From: Leidyana gryllorum EB-2025a
Lineage: Eukaryota; Protista; Apicomplexa
NCBI GenBank assembly: GCA_048772705.1
Contig: JBLWGC010000006.1
Coordinates: 1-27,652, forward strand
DNA: 27,652 nucleotides
Reading direction: 5' to 3'
The notes beneath the pieces are model-generated. The model saw only the letters and a list, made by a program, of their open reading frames with translations, did not search any database and was not told the DNA's origin. Each line of letters starts with the position of its first letter. Within the stretch, counting starts at the first letter, position 1. A program made the translations under genes and the position numbers. This document shows positions 10,623-20,743 of the stretch, one piece after another.

Positions 10623-13351
10623 ACAGTCGGTTTTCGTCTATCTAGACGATGTTCTGGTCTTCTCTCAGACGGAGCCTCAACACGCACGTGACTTGGCAAG
10701 AGTTATAGAACGTCTCAGCCAGAACAAGTTGGTTTTACACACTCGGAAGTCACACTTCTTCAAGCGGGAAGTTCAGTTCCTCGGGCATGTACTGACGGCT
10801 GAAGGCATCAAACCAATCGAGGATAAGACGAACGGCTTCCTGGAACTCGAGTACCCGCAAACACTACGAGACATGCAACGAATACTCGGTGCCTTCAATT
10901 ACTATAGACGGTTCGTCCCTCGCTTTGCAGACATAGCAAAGCCACTCTACTCGCTCACACACGGACTGAAACGGCCAAACGATCCTATACCACAGAGCCA
11001 AGACGCCTCCCAAGCTCTGCACGAACTGAAAAAGCACCTTGTCAACGCGGTGCAACTTCATTACCCAACACCAGAGACACGAGAACTCACCATAGACACC
11101 GACGCCAGCATCTCCGCTATTGGAGCGGTCCTTCAACAGAAGACTTCCGAAGGCTTAAGACCCATAGAATTCCTGTCAAGGACACTGACTGAAACACAGC
11201 AAAGATATCCAACTCACGAGCGCGAGTTGATGGCGATCGTCGTCGCATGCCGACATTGGCGGCACCTGCTAGTGGGACGCAAAACTATTATCCGTACCGA
11301 TCACAAGCCATTGACTTACCTCATGACGCACAATCATCTGTCTGACAGACAGGTGCGATGGCTTACCACGCTGGCCGAGTTGGACATACAGATAGAGTAC
11401 ACTCAAGGGACGCAGAACGTGATAGCTGATCTCTTAAGCGGGCCGCGAAAAAATAAAGAGGACTACAAAAAATGGAAACCCGAATGTCTGACGGTGCAAC
11501 TGGAACCCGTGGCGGGCAATTGACACCCGAGAGGCTCGGTGAGGAGCCAGAAATGTCACGAACACGGGATTCCTCGTTGGAGGACGTGATACGAATGGCC
11601 TGGCGGGGCCATGAAAGCGAGGCCGGACAATTTGGGCCAGTTGAATGGATACAAGAGATTCCGATCACTCCAGAGGGAGTTGTAGAGATCCCATGCGAGG
11701 TGGCGCTGATCAAGCGGATTATTCGCGATAACCACGATAGCGCTCTCGCCGGCCACTTAGCGGCGGACAAGACCTGCGGCAGGGTAAGAGCGTTATTCGC
11801 CTGGAAAGGCATGGCGGCGGACATCGCCGAATACTGCCGAACCTGCCCCGTGAGCCAAAGAGCAAAGAAGCAGTCGCATAGACCGTACGGTCTGCTACAC
11901 CCCATTTCGAACCCCACTCTACCTTAGACCGAAGTGGGACTGGATTTTTTAGAGCTACCAAAGGACGAAGAGACGAATCAAGACTTCCTTATGGTAGTCA
12001 CGGACAGGCTGACGCGTCGAATCAGGCTGATACCATGCGCCAAGACCATAAGTGCAGAGCAAGCAGCCCGACTGTTCCTGGAGAACGTAGCAAGGATCCA
12101 CGGCGTGCCATGGAAGATTATCTCAGACAGAGATCCCCGCTTCACGACGAGACTGTGGAAAGAACTTATGACATCACTGGGCATAAACTTAGCCATGTCC
12201 TCATCCAGGCACCCCCAGTCGAACGGGCTTACCGAACGAGCCAACAGGTCAACGTTACAAATACTCAAATGCGTTTTAGCAGGGAATACGAGCCAGTGGA
12301 CACGGCACCTCAGCAGTACAGAAATGGCATACAATTCCGCAGTACAGACGTCAACTGGAATGACGCCTCTCGAGCTAGACACTGGACGAACGACCTTCAT
12401 GCCAACTAATCTCCACGACATCTGTTCACAGAGAGCAACCATGGGACGTGTAATGGCCATCGGTTCCGGGGGCGTTGTCGGTGAGTTCTCGGCCACTACG
12501 TAATTGCATCTTAGACGGTTCGTACGTAGGTTCAGTGGTCATGTCGGTCGGTTCGCACGTAATCAAAAAGGTGAGTTCACACGGGTGATCTAACTGTGTA
12601 TCTCCGTGTCTCCGGCGTGCCGGCCGCCCGGCCGGAGACACAGACACGATGAGGGCGGACTGACTTCGGTTGGACGTCGTCAAACGCCTCGGTGACGGAG
12701 TAGCCTTCCTCCGACGGTGGTGCCTTGGGTCGGTTCTAGCGTCGGGGCTCTATCGAGGAGGGGTGTTCGTTGCAGCGGTGCCGGCAGTGGAGCTAGAGTG
12801 TTACAGGACGCCTGTACACACAAAAGTTACAAGAAGCCTATGATAGGCTCAGACATGCAGCGAGGAAACAGAAAGAGCAAGCTGACAGAAAGCGAACGGA
12901 GCGGAAATTCCACGAGAATGAACTGGTGCTATTGAGCACTGAGGATTTGACACACGCACCTACAACGAAACTATCACTACCGTTCTGTGCGCCCTTCAAA
13001 GTGATACGCGATGCAGGAAATGACACCTATGTACTCGATCTACCACAGTCATGGGGACTCTTCCCGAAGTTTCATAGCAGCCGCCTCGAACCGTACCACA
13101 CTGCAGGAACCCCAGAAGTGAACAGAGAGTCCGGAGAGCTGTACATCATGGAATCGATATTAGGGTGGCGACCAACGAGCGAGGGGATCGAGTATCTCAT
13201 CAAGTGGGCCGGGTACGAAGACCGCACATGGGAGTCCGCCAAGACCGTCCTTGACGCAGAAGGAGCGGACCTAATTGAAAGATTCAGGACGAAGTGGAAC
13301 CGACAAAACCCCCGTAACCCGTTCTTGGAGAATGAAGGGGGAGGAGTGTAA
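10623..13351 (+). pseudogene. pol: Element C pol fragment with frameshifts, a stop and a solo-LTR insertion
   Basis: ORF pieces 10623-11523, 11472-11927, 11934-12448 and 12926-13351. The stop codon TAA falls within the first 5 nt of the 3' LTR. Confidence 0.9.
12449..12805 (-). mobile_element. Solo LTR, 357 bp, related to the F-family LTR, inserted in C integrase
   Basis: TGTAAC...ATTACA termini and TSD GGACG (12444-12448 and 12806-12810). Encodes a Pol-tail peptide (12805-12680) and the Gag start MQLRSGRELTDNAPGTDGHY (12509-12449). Confidence 0.93.
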
Positions 13352-13486
13352 CCCCTGATAAGGACGTGTCTCCGGACCGGCACACGGACGGCAGGCCGGA
13401 GACACACAAGATACAAACACGATTTTTGGAACACACGTTTTTGGGTACACGCCTAGAAACAGAACAGATCTTAGATGCACCTGCGC
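13347..13486 (+). repeat. Element C 3' LTR, truncated after ATG CAC CTG CGC
   Basis: TGTAAC follows the PPT, with a hairpin at 13366-13405. There is no TACA end; the sequence switches to D-type gag. Confidence 0.82.
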
Positions 13487-13708
13487 GTGCTGGTGGCGAG
13501 ACCCAAAGGCGTCGGATACCGAAACCCCCATACCAGGGAACATTGTCAGAAGCACCGACTATGCTTCACTTGTGGTGGAAATGACCACCTAGCTCCCAAT
13601 TGCCCACACAGGGAACGGAATCAGAACCGGGGCCCACACCAAAGGAGAGCGATGATGATACAAACCGGAGAGGCTGAAGGAGAATCAACGGCGGAGCAGG
13701 ATTTTTAG
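13475..13708 (+). CDS. gag: Chimeric mini-gag: LTR-derived MHLR fused to element D nucleocapsid (CCHC)
   Basis: VLVARPKGVGYRNPHTREHC...CFTCGGNDHLAPNC matches the B gag C-terminus. Ends EQDF* at GGATTTTTAG. Confidence 0.75.
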   Translation: MHLRVLVARPKGVGYRNPHTREHCQKHRLCFTCGGNDHLAPNCPHRERNQNRGPHQRRAMMIQTGEAEGESTAEQDF

Positions 13709-13710
13709 AT

Positions 13711-16700
13711 ATGGCCCCACCACCGACACAGGTAGCGGTGGGGCAGACAACAAAGGAAGTGTTCATCATAGGCAACAGGGGTAGGGCGGCGGTGACATGG
13801 ACGCTCGGTGGACCCCACCAGGACGCCCGCGCCTTGTGTCTGGTGGATAGCGGAGCGCAAGTGAATCTAATGAACCCAAACATAGCACGCAGGTTGCAAT
13901 TGGAAATCAAAGAGGCAAACCGGTGTGAAGTGAAAGGCATTGGAGGCGGCCAGTCTACACTGGGTACGGTCAAAGCAGGCGTGCGCATACAGGCAGGGGC
14001 GAAGTTCAATTTGGAGTTTCAAGTCACTCCGATCGACGTATATGACGCCATCATTGGGACCGAAGCCATTGTGGAGCTGCAATTAGCCATTGGATGCAAT
14101 CAGAGAGGGGAACTCACGGTACTGGCGCGAGTGTCGTTGGAAGCAGCAGCGGTGAACGAGAAGGAAACACAAATCATGATCGCGACGGCACAGACGATGG
14201 ACATACCAGTCCAAGAGGAGTGGATAATGTCGGAGTTCGGGGATCTGTTCAAAACCGGTGGAGGAATCCCGCCAACCAGGGGCTTCTATGATTTCGAAAT
14301 TCAACTCCACCCTGATGCACAGGCGCATTTTGAACGACCCTACACGGGTTCCGAATCCACGAGAGCAGAGATCACACGACAGCTTACCGAATTAGAGCAG
14401 CAGGGACGGATAAGGCCCTCTAAATCGGAGTGGGGAGCGCCGTGTTTCCTTGTTCCTAAACGAGACAACCCAATTCCGCGCCTTGTAATCAACTACAAGG
14501 GGTTGAATAGCCAAACAGTTACCTACGCTTACCCGATTCCCAGACCGGACCTGACATCACCAGCCCTCAGGGCAGCTCGATGCTTCACGAAGCTGGACCT
14601 CCAGTCCGGCTATCACCAAATCCGAATACAAGAACCCTACAAACACCTGACCGCTTTCTCGACCCCAGTGGGCCAATATGAGTGGAATGTCTTACCCTTC
14701 GGATTGAAGAACGCCCCACCGGCGTTTGTTGCTTTCATGGAATTTGTCCTCAGACCCTGGATAGGAAAATGCGTCACAGCATATGTTGACGACGTACTGG
14801 TTTACAGTCCAACGTGGGAACAACACCGAAAGGATCTCAGGGGCATACTGCAGGCATTTACGGAACATCAATTGTACATTCATCCACGGAAGTCCAAATT
14901 TTTCACGGACCAGGTGACCTTCATCGGACAGCATATTGATGCGAACGGCATCCGGCCAGAGCCAGAGAGACAGAATGCGTTTGCAGAGCTACCACCACCG
15001 ACCACGCTGGGTGATCTCCGAAGAATTATCGGTGGGATGACCTACTATGCCCGGTACATCCCGAATTTCGCTGGACTCTCAGCCCCTTTCCACGACATTA
15101 TCAAAGGCCTGCAGAAGAAGAGCGACAGAATCGAATGGAGTGAGCGACGAGTGGAGCAATGGCGACAACTGAAACAAGCCTTCGGCCGAAATCTCACATT
15201 GGGAGTGGTAGACGAGAGTCTGGATTTTCACGTGACCACCGATGCGAGTGATTTCGCGGTAGGAGGGACACTGGAACAGTGGACGGCGGACGGGAGGAAC
15301 ATCATTGAACACTTTAGCACCAAACTGAACTCCACCCAGCGAAACTGGGCGGTGCATGAGCGCGAGCTGTGGGCGATTATCGCAGCCCTGAAAAGGTGGA
15401 AACACTACCTGCTGAGCAAGGACTTCTTCATACACACAGATCATAAGCCTTTGGCGGTTCTAACCAAGGGAAGCGGTGCACTGAGCCCCAAAGTGATCAG
15501 ATGGTTGGTCAAGATCTCCCAGTACCCTGGGAAGATTGACTACATTCCCGGGGAATTGAACCTACTGGCCGACATCCTGAGCAGAGCTGGCACGAAGGAG
15601 GACCCAAGGAGAGTCCTTATGACCACTCAACAGGCCGAAACAGATTTCGCGGTACAGTTCAAAGAAGCCCTAGCAAGGGTTACCAACATTCCCGATGGAT
15701 TCGAGAGGTCAGGCGAATGGATCGCTGACGAGTACGGCAGGCTGTTCGTCCCTCAGGAATTACGCCGACTAGTAATCGGCGAGAACCACGACTCAATGCT
15801 AGCCGGACATCTGGCACAGGACAGAACACTACTGAAGATTAGAGGGCATTTTAACTGGCCCGGCATCACCGAAGATGTGCGCAAGTACTGCCAAGAATGC
15901 ATCCAGTGCCAGAGAACGAAAGGCCTGACAAAGAAACCTCTAGGGCTTCTCAATCCAATCAACCCGCCAGCCCTACCGTGGGAGGAGCTGTCTATCGACC
16001 TAGTAAGTATGCCACCGGATAATACCACAGGCCAAGACTGCATATTTACAATGATTGACCGACTCACCCGAAGAATCTTACTGGAACCGTGTAAGCATAC
16101 GGCGGGAGCGGAGGAGTGCGCCAAGATGCTCGTACATCGAGTGGTACGAGAACATGCGTTCCCGAAGGCCATCATCAGCGACCGGGATGCCAGGTGGCTC
16201 AGCGATCTGTGGGAAGACATGCTGAGAACAGCAGGAACGAAACTCCAGGCAAGTACACGGGGACACCCACAGACAAATGGGTTACTCGAGAGAGCCCACC
16301 GGACGATCATACAAGTACTCAGAGCGGTATGCGAGGACGAACTGAGCGCGGACTGGGTGTCAAAACTCCCAGCGATAGAGTTCGCGTACAACACACTGCC
16401 GAACAGCTCAACTGGCATCAGCCCATTCGAGGCTGAACGAGGATATATCCCCCGCGTTCCACTGACGCTCACACTGGACACTGGGAGGGTACAGTGCGGA
16501 TTGCATTCGGAGAACCTCGTCATCATACAGGACCGAATCAAGGAAGCCCAGACTCGGCAAAAGAAGGAACATGACAAACATCGGGACCCATCCAGCTTTC
16601 GAGAGGACGACTGGGTCCTCCTGCGAACTCAAGGGCTAACAGCGGCTCCCAAAGGAAAGCTACGCAGAACGTACATGGGACCCTTTAGGGTGGTCCGCTC

Positions 16701-16959
16701 CCTCCCGGGGGATGTCTTCCAACTAGAAATGCCAACCGAATGGCGCGGGATCACCAAGTTTCACTGCTCGAGACTCAAAGAATTCCATGGAGCTCACCCT
16801 GATCGACAGACGGGAGAGTTGTACCAGCTGGAGAGCGTACTGGCACAGCGACTCACCGACCGCGGCCTGAGTTTTCTAGTCAAGTGGGAAGGGTACCCAC
16901 GAGATCAGGCAACCTGGGAACCCCTAGCTGCCCTCCTGGATGCGGATGCAGTGACTTGA
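13711..16959 (+). CDS. pol: Element D Pol polyprotein (PR, RT, RNase H, integrase, chromodomain)
   Basis: LVDSGA, YVDD, TTDAS, HDSMLAGH/CQECIQC, SIDLV...SDRD...ERAH, MGPF, YQLESV...VKWEGY...TWEP. A frameshift near 16950 cuts the last ~33 aa (natural stop probably 17057). Normally entered by -1 frameshift at 13699-13705. Confidence 0.95.
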   Translation: MAPPPTQVAVGQTTKEVFIIGNRGRAAVTWTLGGPHQDARALCLVDSGAQVNLMNPNIARRLQLEIKEANRCEVKGIGGGQSTLGTVKAGVRIQAGAKFNLEFQVTPIDVYDAIIGTEAIVELQLAIGCNQRGELTVLARVSLEAAAVNEKETQIMIATAQTMDIPVQEEWIMSEFGDLFKTGGGIPPTRGFYDFEIQLHPDAQAHFERPYTGSESTRAEITRQLTELEQQGRIRPSKSEWGAPCFLVPKRDNPIPRLVINYKGLNSQTVTYAYPIPRPDLTSPALRAARCFTKLDLQSGYHQIRIQEPYKHLTAFSTPVGQYEWNVLPFGLKNAPPAFVAFMEFVLRPWIGKCVTAYVDDVLVYSPTWEQHRKDLRGILQAFTEHQLYIHPRKSKFFTDQVTFIGQHIDANGIRPEPERQNAFAELPPPTTLGDLRRIIGGMTYYARYIPNFAGLSAPFHDIIKGLQKKSDRIEWSERRVEQWRQLKQAFGRNLTLGVVDESLDFHVTTDASDFAVGGTLEQWTADGRNIIEHFSTKLNSTQRNWAVHERELWAIIAALKRWKHYLLSKDFFIHTDHKPLAVLTKGSGALSPKVIRWLVKISQYPGKIDYIPGELNLLADILSRAGTKEDPRRVLMTTQQAETDFAVQFKEALARVTNIPDGFERSGEWIADEYGRLFVPQELRRLVIGENHDSMLAGHLAQDRTLLKIRGHFNWPGITEDVRKYCQECIQCQRTKGLTKKPLGLLNPINPPALPWEELSIDLVSMPPDNTTGQDCIFTMIDRLTRRILLEPCKHTAGAEECAKMLVHRVVREHAFPKAIISDRDARWLSDLWEDMLRTAGTKLQASTRGHPQTNGLLERAHRTIIQVLRAVCEDELSADWVSKLPAIEFAYNTLPNSSTGISPFEAERGYIPRVPLTLTLDTGRVQCGLHSENLVIIQDRIKEAQTRQKKEHDKHRDPSSFREDDWVLLRTQGLTAAPKGKLRRTYMGPFRVVRSLPGDVFQLEMPTEWRGITKFHCSRLKEFHGAHPDRQTGELYQLESVLAQRLTDRGLSFLVKWEGYPRDQATWEPLAALLDADAVT

Positions 16960-17084
16960 TCCTGGACTACAGGAGAAAGTGGAACGAAAACAGACGAGGC
17001 GGCGTACCGTTTACCGAAGATGAACTCAATGGCCTAGATCTAGTGCCCATCAGCTAGGAAACAAAACAATGAAAGGGGGAGCAG

Positions 17085-17332
17085 TGTAAGGAGTTACACT
17101 AGTCTACTCTTTCAGAAGCTCGCAACGGAACAGTTAGCCTACTAAATGTTTAGTTTTTAGTTGCATGAAAGCCGGTGTCTCCGAGGAGACACCGGCAATA
17201 CACACACGGAACACTCGACTAGAATGACTGTTACAACGCGATCTAAAAAGCATTCTATCCTACCCAAGAAGCTAACCAGAAAGACCAGAACTATTGCCCA
17301 ACCAGATCTAGACCCAGAACCGGACACTTACA
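17085..17332 (+). repeat. Element D 3' LTR (248 bp)
   Basis: TGTAAG...CTTACA with a hairpin at 17171-17196. ATG 17224 encodes MTVTTRSKKHSILPKKLTRKTRTIAQPDLDPEPDTY, homologous to the B gag N-terminus (SILPK.L). Confidence 0.92.
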
Positions 17333-17587
17333 CACAGGGGCTTCGGGCTCGGAGGGCTTTGGAGGGGGACTTACCTGTGTCAGAGAAGGGGGCGAACTCT
17401 CAGCGGGCTGGGTAGAGGGGGTAGCAGGGCTGTTGGGGGGCGACTCGGGAGGGGTGGCCTCGAAGGTCTCTTCTTCGAGCTCAGTGTTGCTCGAGGCTTC
17501 CATGTTGAGCGCCGTTGGTACGCTGGGAAGGGCCAGAGCCTCAGCTTGAGCTTCAGTGGGTGCGTCACAAAGGGCTTTCTGTGCCAT
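17333..17587 (-). pseudogene. 5' part of a Pro/Ser/Glu-rich gene of unknown function, interrupted by element D
   Basis: ATG 17587 in ACCATGG context after an AT-rich intergenic stretch. The frame MAQKALCDAPT...PSEPEAPV is open up to the D LTR boundary. Confidence 0.5.
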
Positions 17588-17890
17588 GGTCAATCTTAAG
17601 CGATACAAAAAACTGGTGGCAACTTTGTATTTACGAAAAAATTGGTAACGAGATAAGGGTGACGACATTGGTAGAATCGCGCAAAATTTGCCTAAAAATT
17701 TCGATGAGACTTGAACGGGTTAAGGATGACGACAAGAAAAAACACGCAAAATATTTGCACTGGCATTGGCAACTGTATGAGCCATTGAAGGTACATAAGG
17801 TAAGAGACTCACCTATTACATGTCTTGTTCTCGTACGTGATCACTTCTTGTATCTTATGCTACAACGCTGTCGTCTTACCATCTTTTGTT

Positions 17891-18435
17891 TTAGATGATG
17901 TTGCCCATCTCAACTTGGAACCCTTTCCCGCAAATCTGACACTTCATGTATCCCCGATGTACATGAGGAGGGGTAGGGGGAGCTAGGGGAGGGGTAGGGG
18001 CTGCCAGCCTTGGCAATGGCTTCAGGTCCACCGTCGAGGCCAGTGAGTCTCTGCGAGTGCTCAATAACTCTGTTTGCTCATCTTGAACAACCGTTGAGAG
18101 ACACCCAATGACCTCAGTAGACGAGACCGAAGCTGAGGGAGACTGAGAATCACTCAGTGGCATGATAACTGGGGGGCCACTGGATGCTGGTTGGGGGAGG
18201 GAGCGAATGGGGGAGGGGTTAGCTGGCTGGGGAAAAAACCGAACAACCGGGGGTTCAGGCTCCATTGGCTGGAGCTCTACTCGCAATTGGGGTCGCGGGG
18301 CATCCCAGTTCCTCGCAAAGTGCCGAAGCTCTTCCTCGGCTATGTGAGATGTGTGGGGATGAGTTGCGGGAACTTACTTGGTGTGGGAACGTGCCAGACC
18401 AGTCTGAGTGGCACGAGGTCTTGTCTTGGGAACAT
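17891..18435 (-). CDS. Predicted 168-aa Pro-rich protein with C-terminal CxxC; two exons (18435-18378 and 18339-17891)
   Basis: A 38-nt GTAAGT...CATAG intron (18377-18340) joins MFPRQDLVPLRLVWHVPTP in frame to TEEELRHFARNW...KCQICGKGFQVEMGNII*. TATAA upstream at 18614-18610. Confidence 0.55.
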
Positions 18436-18897
18436 CTGGGGGGGAAGAAAGTGAGCGCGAGCGAGAAGAGGGCTTTTTCGATCTGAGAACAAAAATAACA
18501 GTCCAAGTCCCACGTCTCGCACACCAAATCTTGGGGAAACTGGCTCGTTTGGGCTGCTATCTGTTGCTTGCGAGCCGCACGAGAGCTAAATTAAGGAGTC
18601 TGACGACCCTTATATCTCGATGGGAGGCTAGTTTGCTGTAGCGAACGAGCCAATTGAAGTTTGGGAAGTCTCATTTTTGCAAAAATCAGGCCTTCTCGTG
18701 TCTCCGAGAGCTCGAGAGAGTCGCCTATCTCTTATTCTGGCGGTGAGATTTCGCCTAGAATGTGGCTGCTAACTAATCAGGCCACTACTATTCCTAAGGT
18801 AAGCGAGAGAGCTAGTCTAGAGCTTCTAATCAAATTCCTATTTCACTAAAAGTCGTTTCTGGTACCCCCTAAGAACCCCCAAAAAACCTACGGTAAT

Positions 18898-19112
18898 TGT
18901 AGAGGTCCCGTGCCCTCTCCTCTACGTCGGAGGTACAGTCAGGATCAGTGGCTGGGGTTTCCCGAGCCCTCTTGCCTCTAGTTGTCACCATTGTTCTAGT
19001 TTGCTCTTAGTACCTTCGTACTTGTCCGTCTGTCTGTCTGTCTCTGTTTGTTACCCCCCGAGTGTCTATCTGAAAAACCTAAAATGTGTGTAAGTTTGGT
19101 GTAACTCCTACA
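18898..19112 (-). repeat. Element E 3' LTR (215 bp)
   Basis: TGTAG...CTACA directly after the PPT. ATG 18991 encodes MVTTRGKRARETPATDPDCTSDVEERARDLY. Confidence 0.85.
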
Positions 19113-19126
19113 CTCCTCCCCCTCTG

Positions 19127-20366
19127 CTATAAGAGATCGTCTCCCCTGAGTTCTTCGGTTGTGTAGGGTGGGGCATTGGGTCGCTCTGTGTTCCAGCGTA
19201 GCCTGTAAGCGAGTATGAGGTCGTGAGCTTGCCCATCGCGGATCGTTTCTATCCCCTCCCATGTGTTGTCCGCCTCAGCGTATCCAACCCATTTGATGAG
19301 CCACTCTTTGTTGCCCGTTTGTCTGTTGACCCTTTCTCCTTTCACTTCCTCCATCATATAGATCGCTTCTGGTAGGGTGTCGTCCGCTCCTATAAAGGGT
19401 TTGATTCGGGAGATGTGGAATTTATTGAAGCATCTCCAGTTGTTGGGTAGTTCCAGTTCTACCACGTCTCCTTTGGTAATGGCCTTTATGCGGAATGGTC
19501 CGCAGTAGCGTTTGGTGAGTTTGTCCTGAGGTAGGCCCCGAAGGCCTTTGGTCTGTAATAGCACTAGTGTCCCTGTCTGGAGGTCGATTTCCTTGTGATG
19601 TTGGTCGTATTGTTTCTTTTGTTGATTCCCAGCCGCTCTGATGCGATCCTGAAGTTGTGTGAGTCGCTCAGCGTAGGTCCATAAGCTCTTGTCGCTTGTG
19701 GGTATATCTAGGGTTATCGGGTGTCTGGGGATGTACCCCAGTTCGGCTTCGAACGGTGCCATTCCAGTACTCGCGTTTGGTGTCATGTTAAAGGCTATTT
19801 CCGTGGCAGCCAGATATTGGTGCCACTCGTCCGTAAACTCTCCGCAAACTGTCCTAAGCATCTGAATGGTGGTGCGGTGTGACCGTTCGACCGCTCCGTT
19901 GGTTTGTGGATGTTGGGCCGTACTCAATGATAGCTTGGTCCCGCTCAGTTTGAAGAGTTCCGTCCATAGTGCTGATAACCATCTGGGGTCTCTGTCGCCC
20001 ACTATCCTGTTGGGGAATCCTTTCTCTCGTATGATTCGGTTGAAGATGATTGCGGCACACTCTTCGGCATTGGTCGTGTGTTTGCATGGTTCCAGGATCA
20101 ACCGCTTAGTGAGGCGGTCTATTGCCACAAAGAGTGAGTCATAACCGGTCCGCTTATCCTTGGGTAGCGACAGTAGGTCGATTGATATGGCCTCCCACGG
20201 GGTCGATGGGGGTTCAACTGGGTTGAGAAGTCCCAGTGGTAGTTGGCACCGGTCTTTCGCCGTTTGGCACGTCAGACATTCCCTGCAGAACTTACCTACG
20301 TCGTGTGCCAAACCTGGCCAGGTGAAATGTGCAGCGATCCGTCCTTGGGTTCTCGTGTACCCTAAG
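19127..20366 (-). pseudogene. pol: Element E pol 3' part (integrase core plus chromodomain)
   Basis: Open frame with CRECLTC, SIDLL, GDRD, HPQTNGAVERSH, YCGPF and a chromodomain. Confidence 0.93.
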
Positions 20367-20743
20367 TGTAACACTATGTTACCCGAACCCCAAGCCCCTC
20401 TACTGGACAGACCGACACAACTCAGTCCGGATGAAGGGACGGTCCTCGGAGGCCGCCTGCTACGTCAAAGGCGGATTGTATGACGACATTTGGCCGCAGC
20501 CAATATGTCCACGTGTCTGTGTCTCCGTCTCGTGCCGGCCAGCCGGCCGGCACACATACGGAGACACGGACCAGACAGACAGAGATAGATCAGGATAGAT
20601 CACGTGACTTACCTTTTTGTGTGCCCGCCGATTGACCGTGAACCTACCGATTGAACTTACCAATACCACAATGGACGCACCCATGACGTTACGCAATGGA
20701 CGGGAAGTAACCCCCGCCACCGTGGACCCGCCGCCGGGTTACA
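20367..20743 (+). repeat. Element F 5' LTR (377 bp)
   Basis: TGTAAC...GTTACA, a direct repeat of 25211-25589. Confidence 0.97.

Larger units (their letters stand above)
10623..13486 (+). mobile_element. Element C: 5'-truncated chromovirus (RT from YLDD onward, RNase H, integrase, chromodomain, PPT, partial 3' LTR)
   Basis: VFVYLDD, DTDAS, HERELMAI, HDSALAGH...CRTC, HPQSNGLTERAN, YIMESI...IKWAGY. PPT gaagggggaggag at 13334-13346. Protein is most similar to element F. Confidence 0.92.
13487..17332 (+). mobile_element. Element D: chromovirus lacking 5' LTR, PBS and capsid, with near-intact pol and 3' LTR
   Basis: Gag tail, frameshift site, 1082-aa pol, PPT gaaagggggagcag at 17071-17084 and LTR at 17085-17332. 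Confidence 0.94.

Noticed and set aside
15753-16577. Long antisense and alternate-frame ORFs over gag/pol (also 6426-6998, 9946-10356, 11978-12496)
   Set aside because: They are shadows of the coding strand with no recognisable motifs. Similarity among them merely mirrors pol conservation.
18340-18342. In-frame TAG codons here and in B pol hinting at a reassigned genetic code
   Set aside because: This TAG is an intron acceptor. B's stops replace different residues (Lys, Tyr). The long D, E and F ORFs contain no internal TAA/TAG, and gag/pol end on TAG, TAA or TGA.
17333-18897. env-like third ORF of D or E
   Set aside because: The ORFs lie outside both 3' LTRs and have no signal peptide or transmembrane segment.
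20609-20670. Gag start at GTG 20617 as given in the ORF track
   Set aside because: Non-ATG start in a eukaryotic element. The 3' LTR copy lacks no ATG at the 20671-equivalent, and homologous leaders begin at M-x-L-R-type ATGs.
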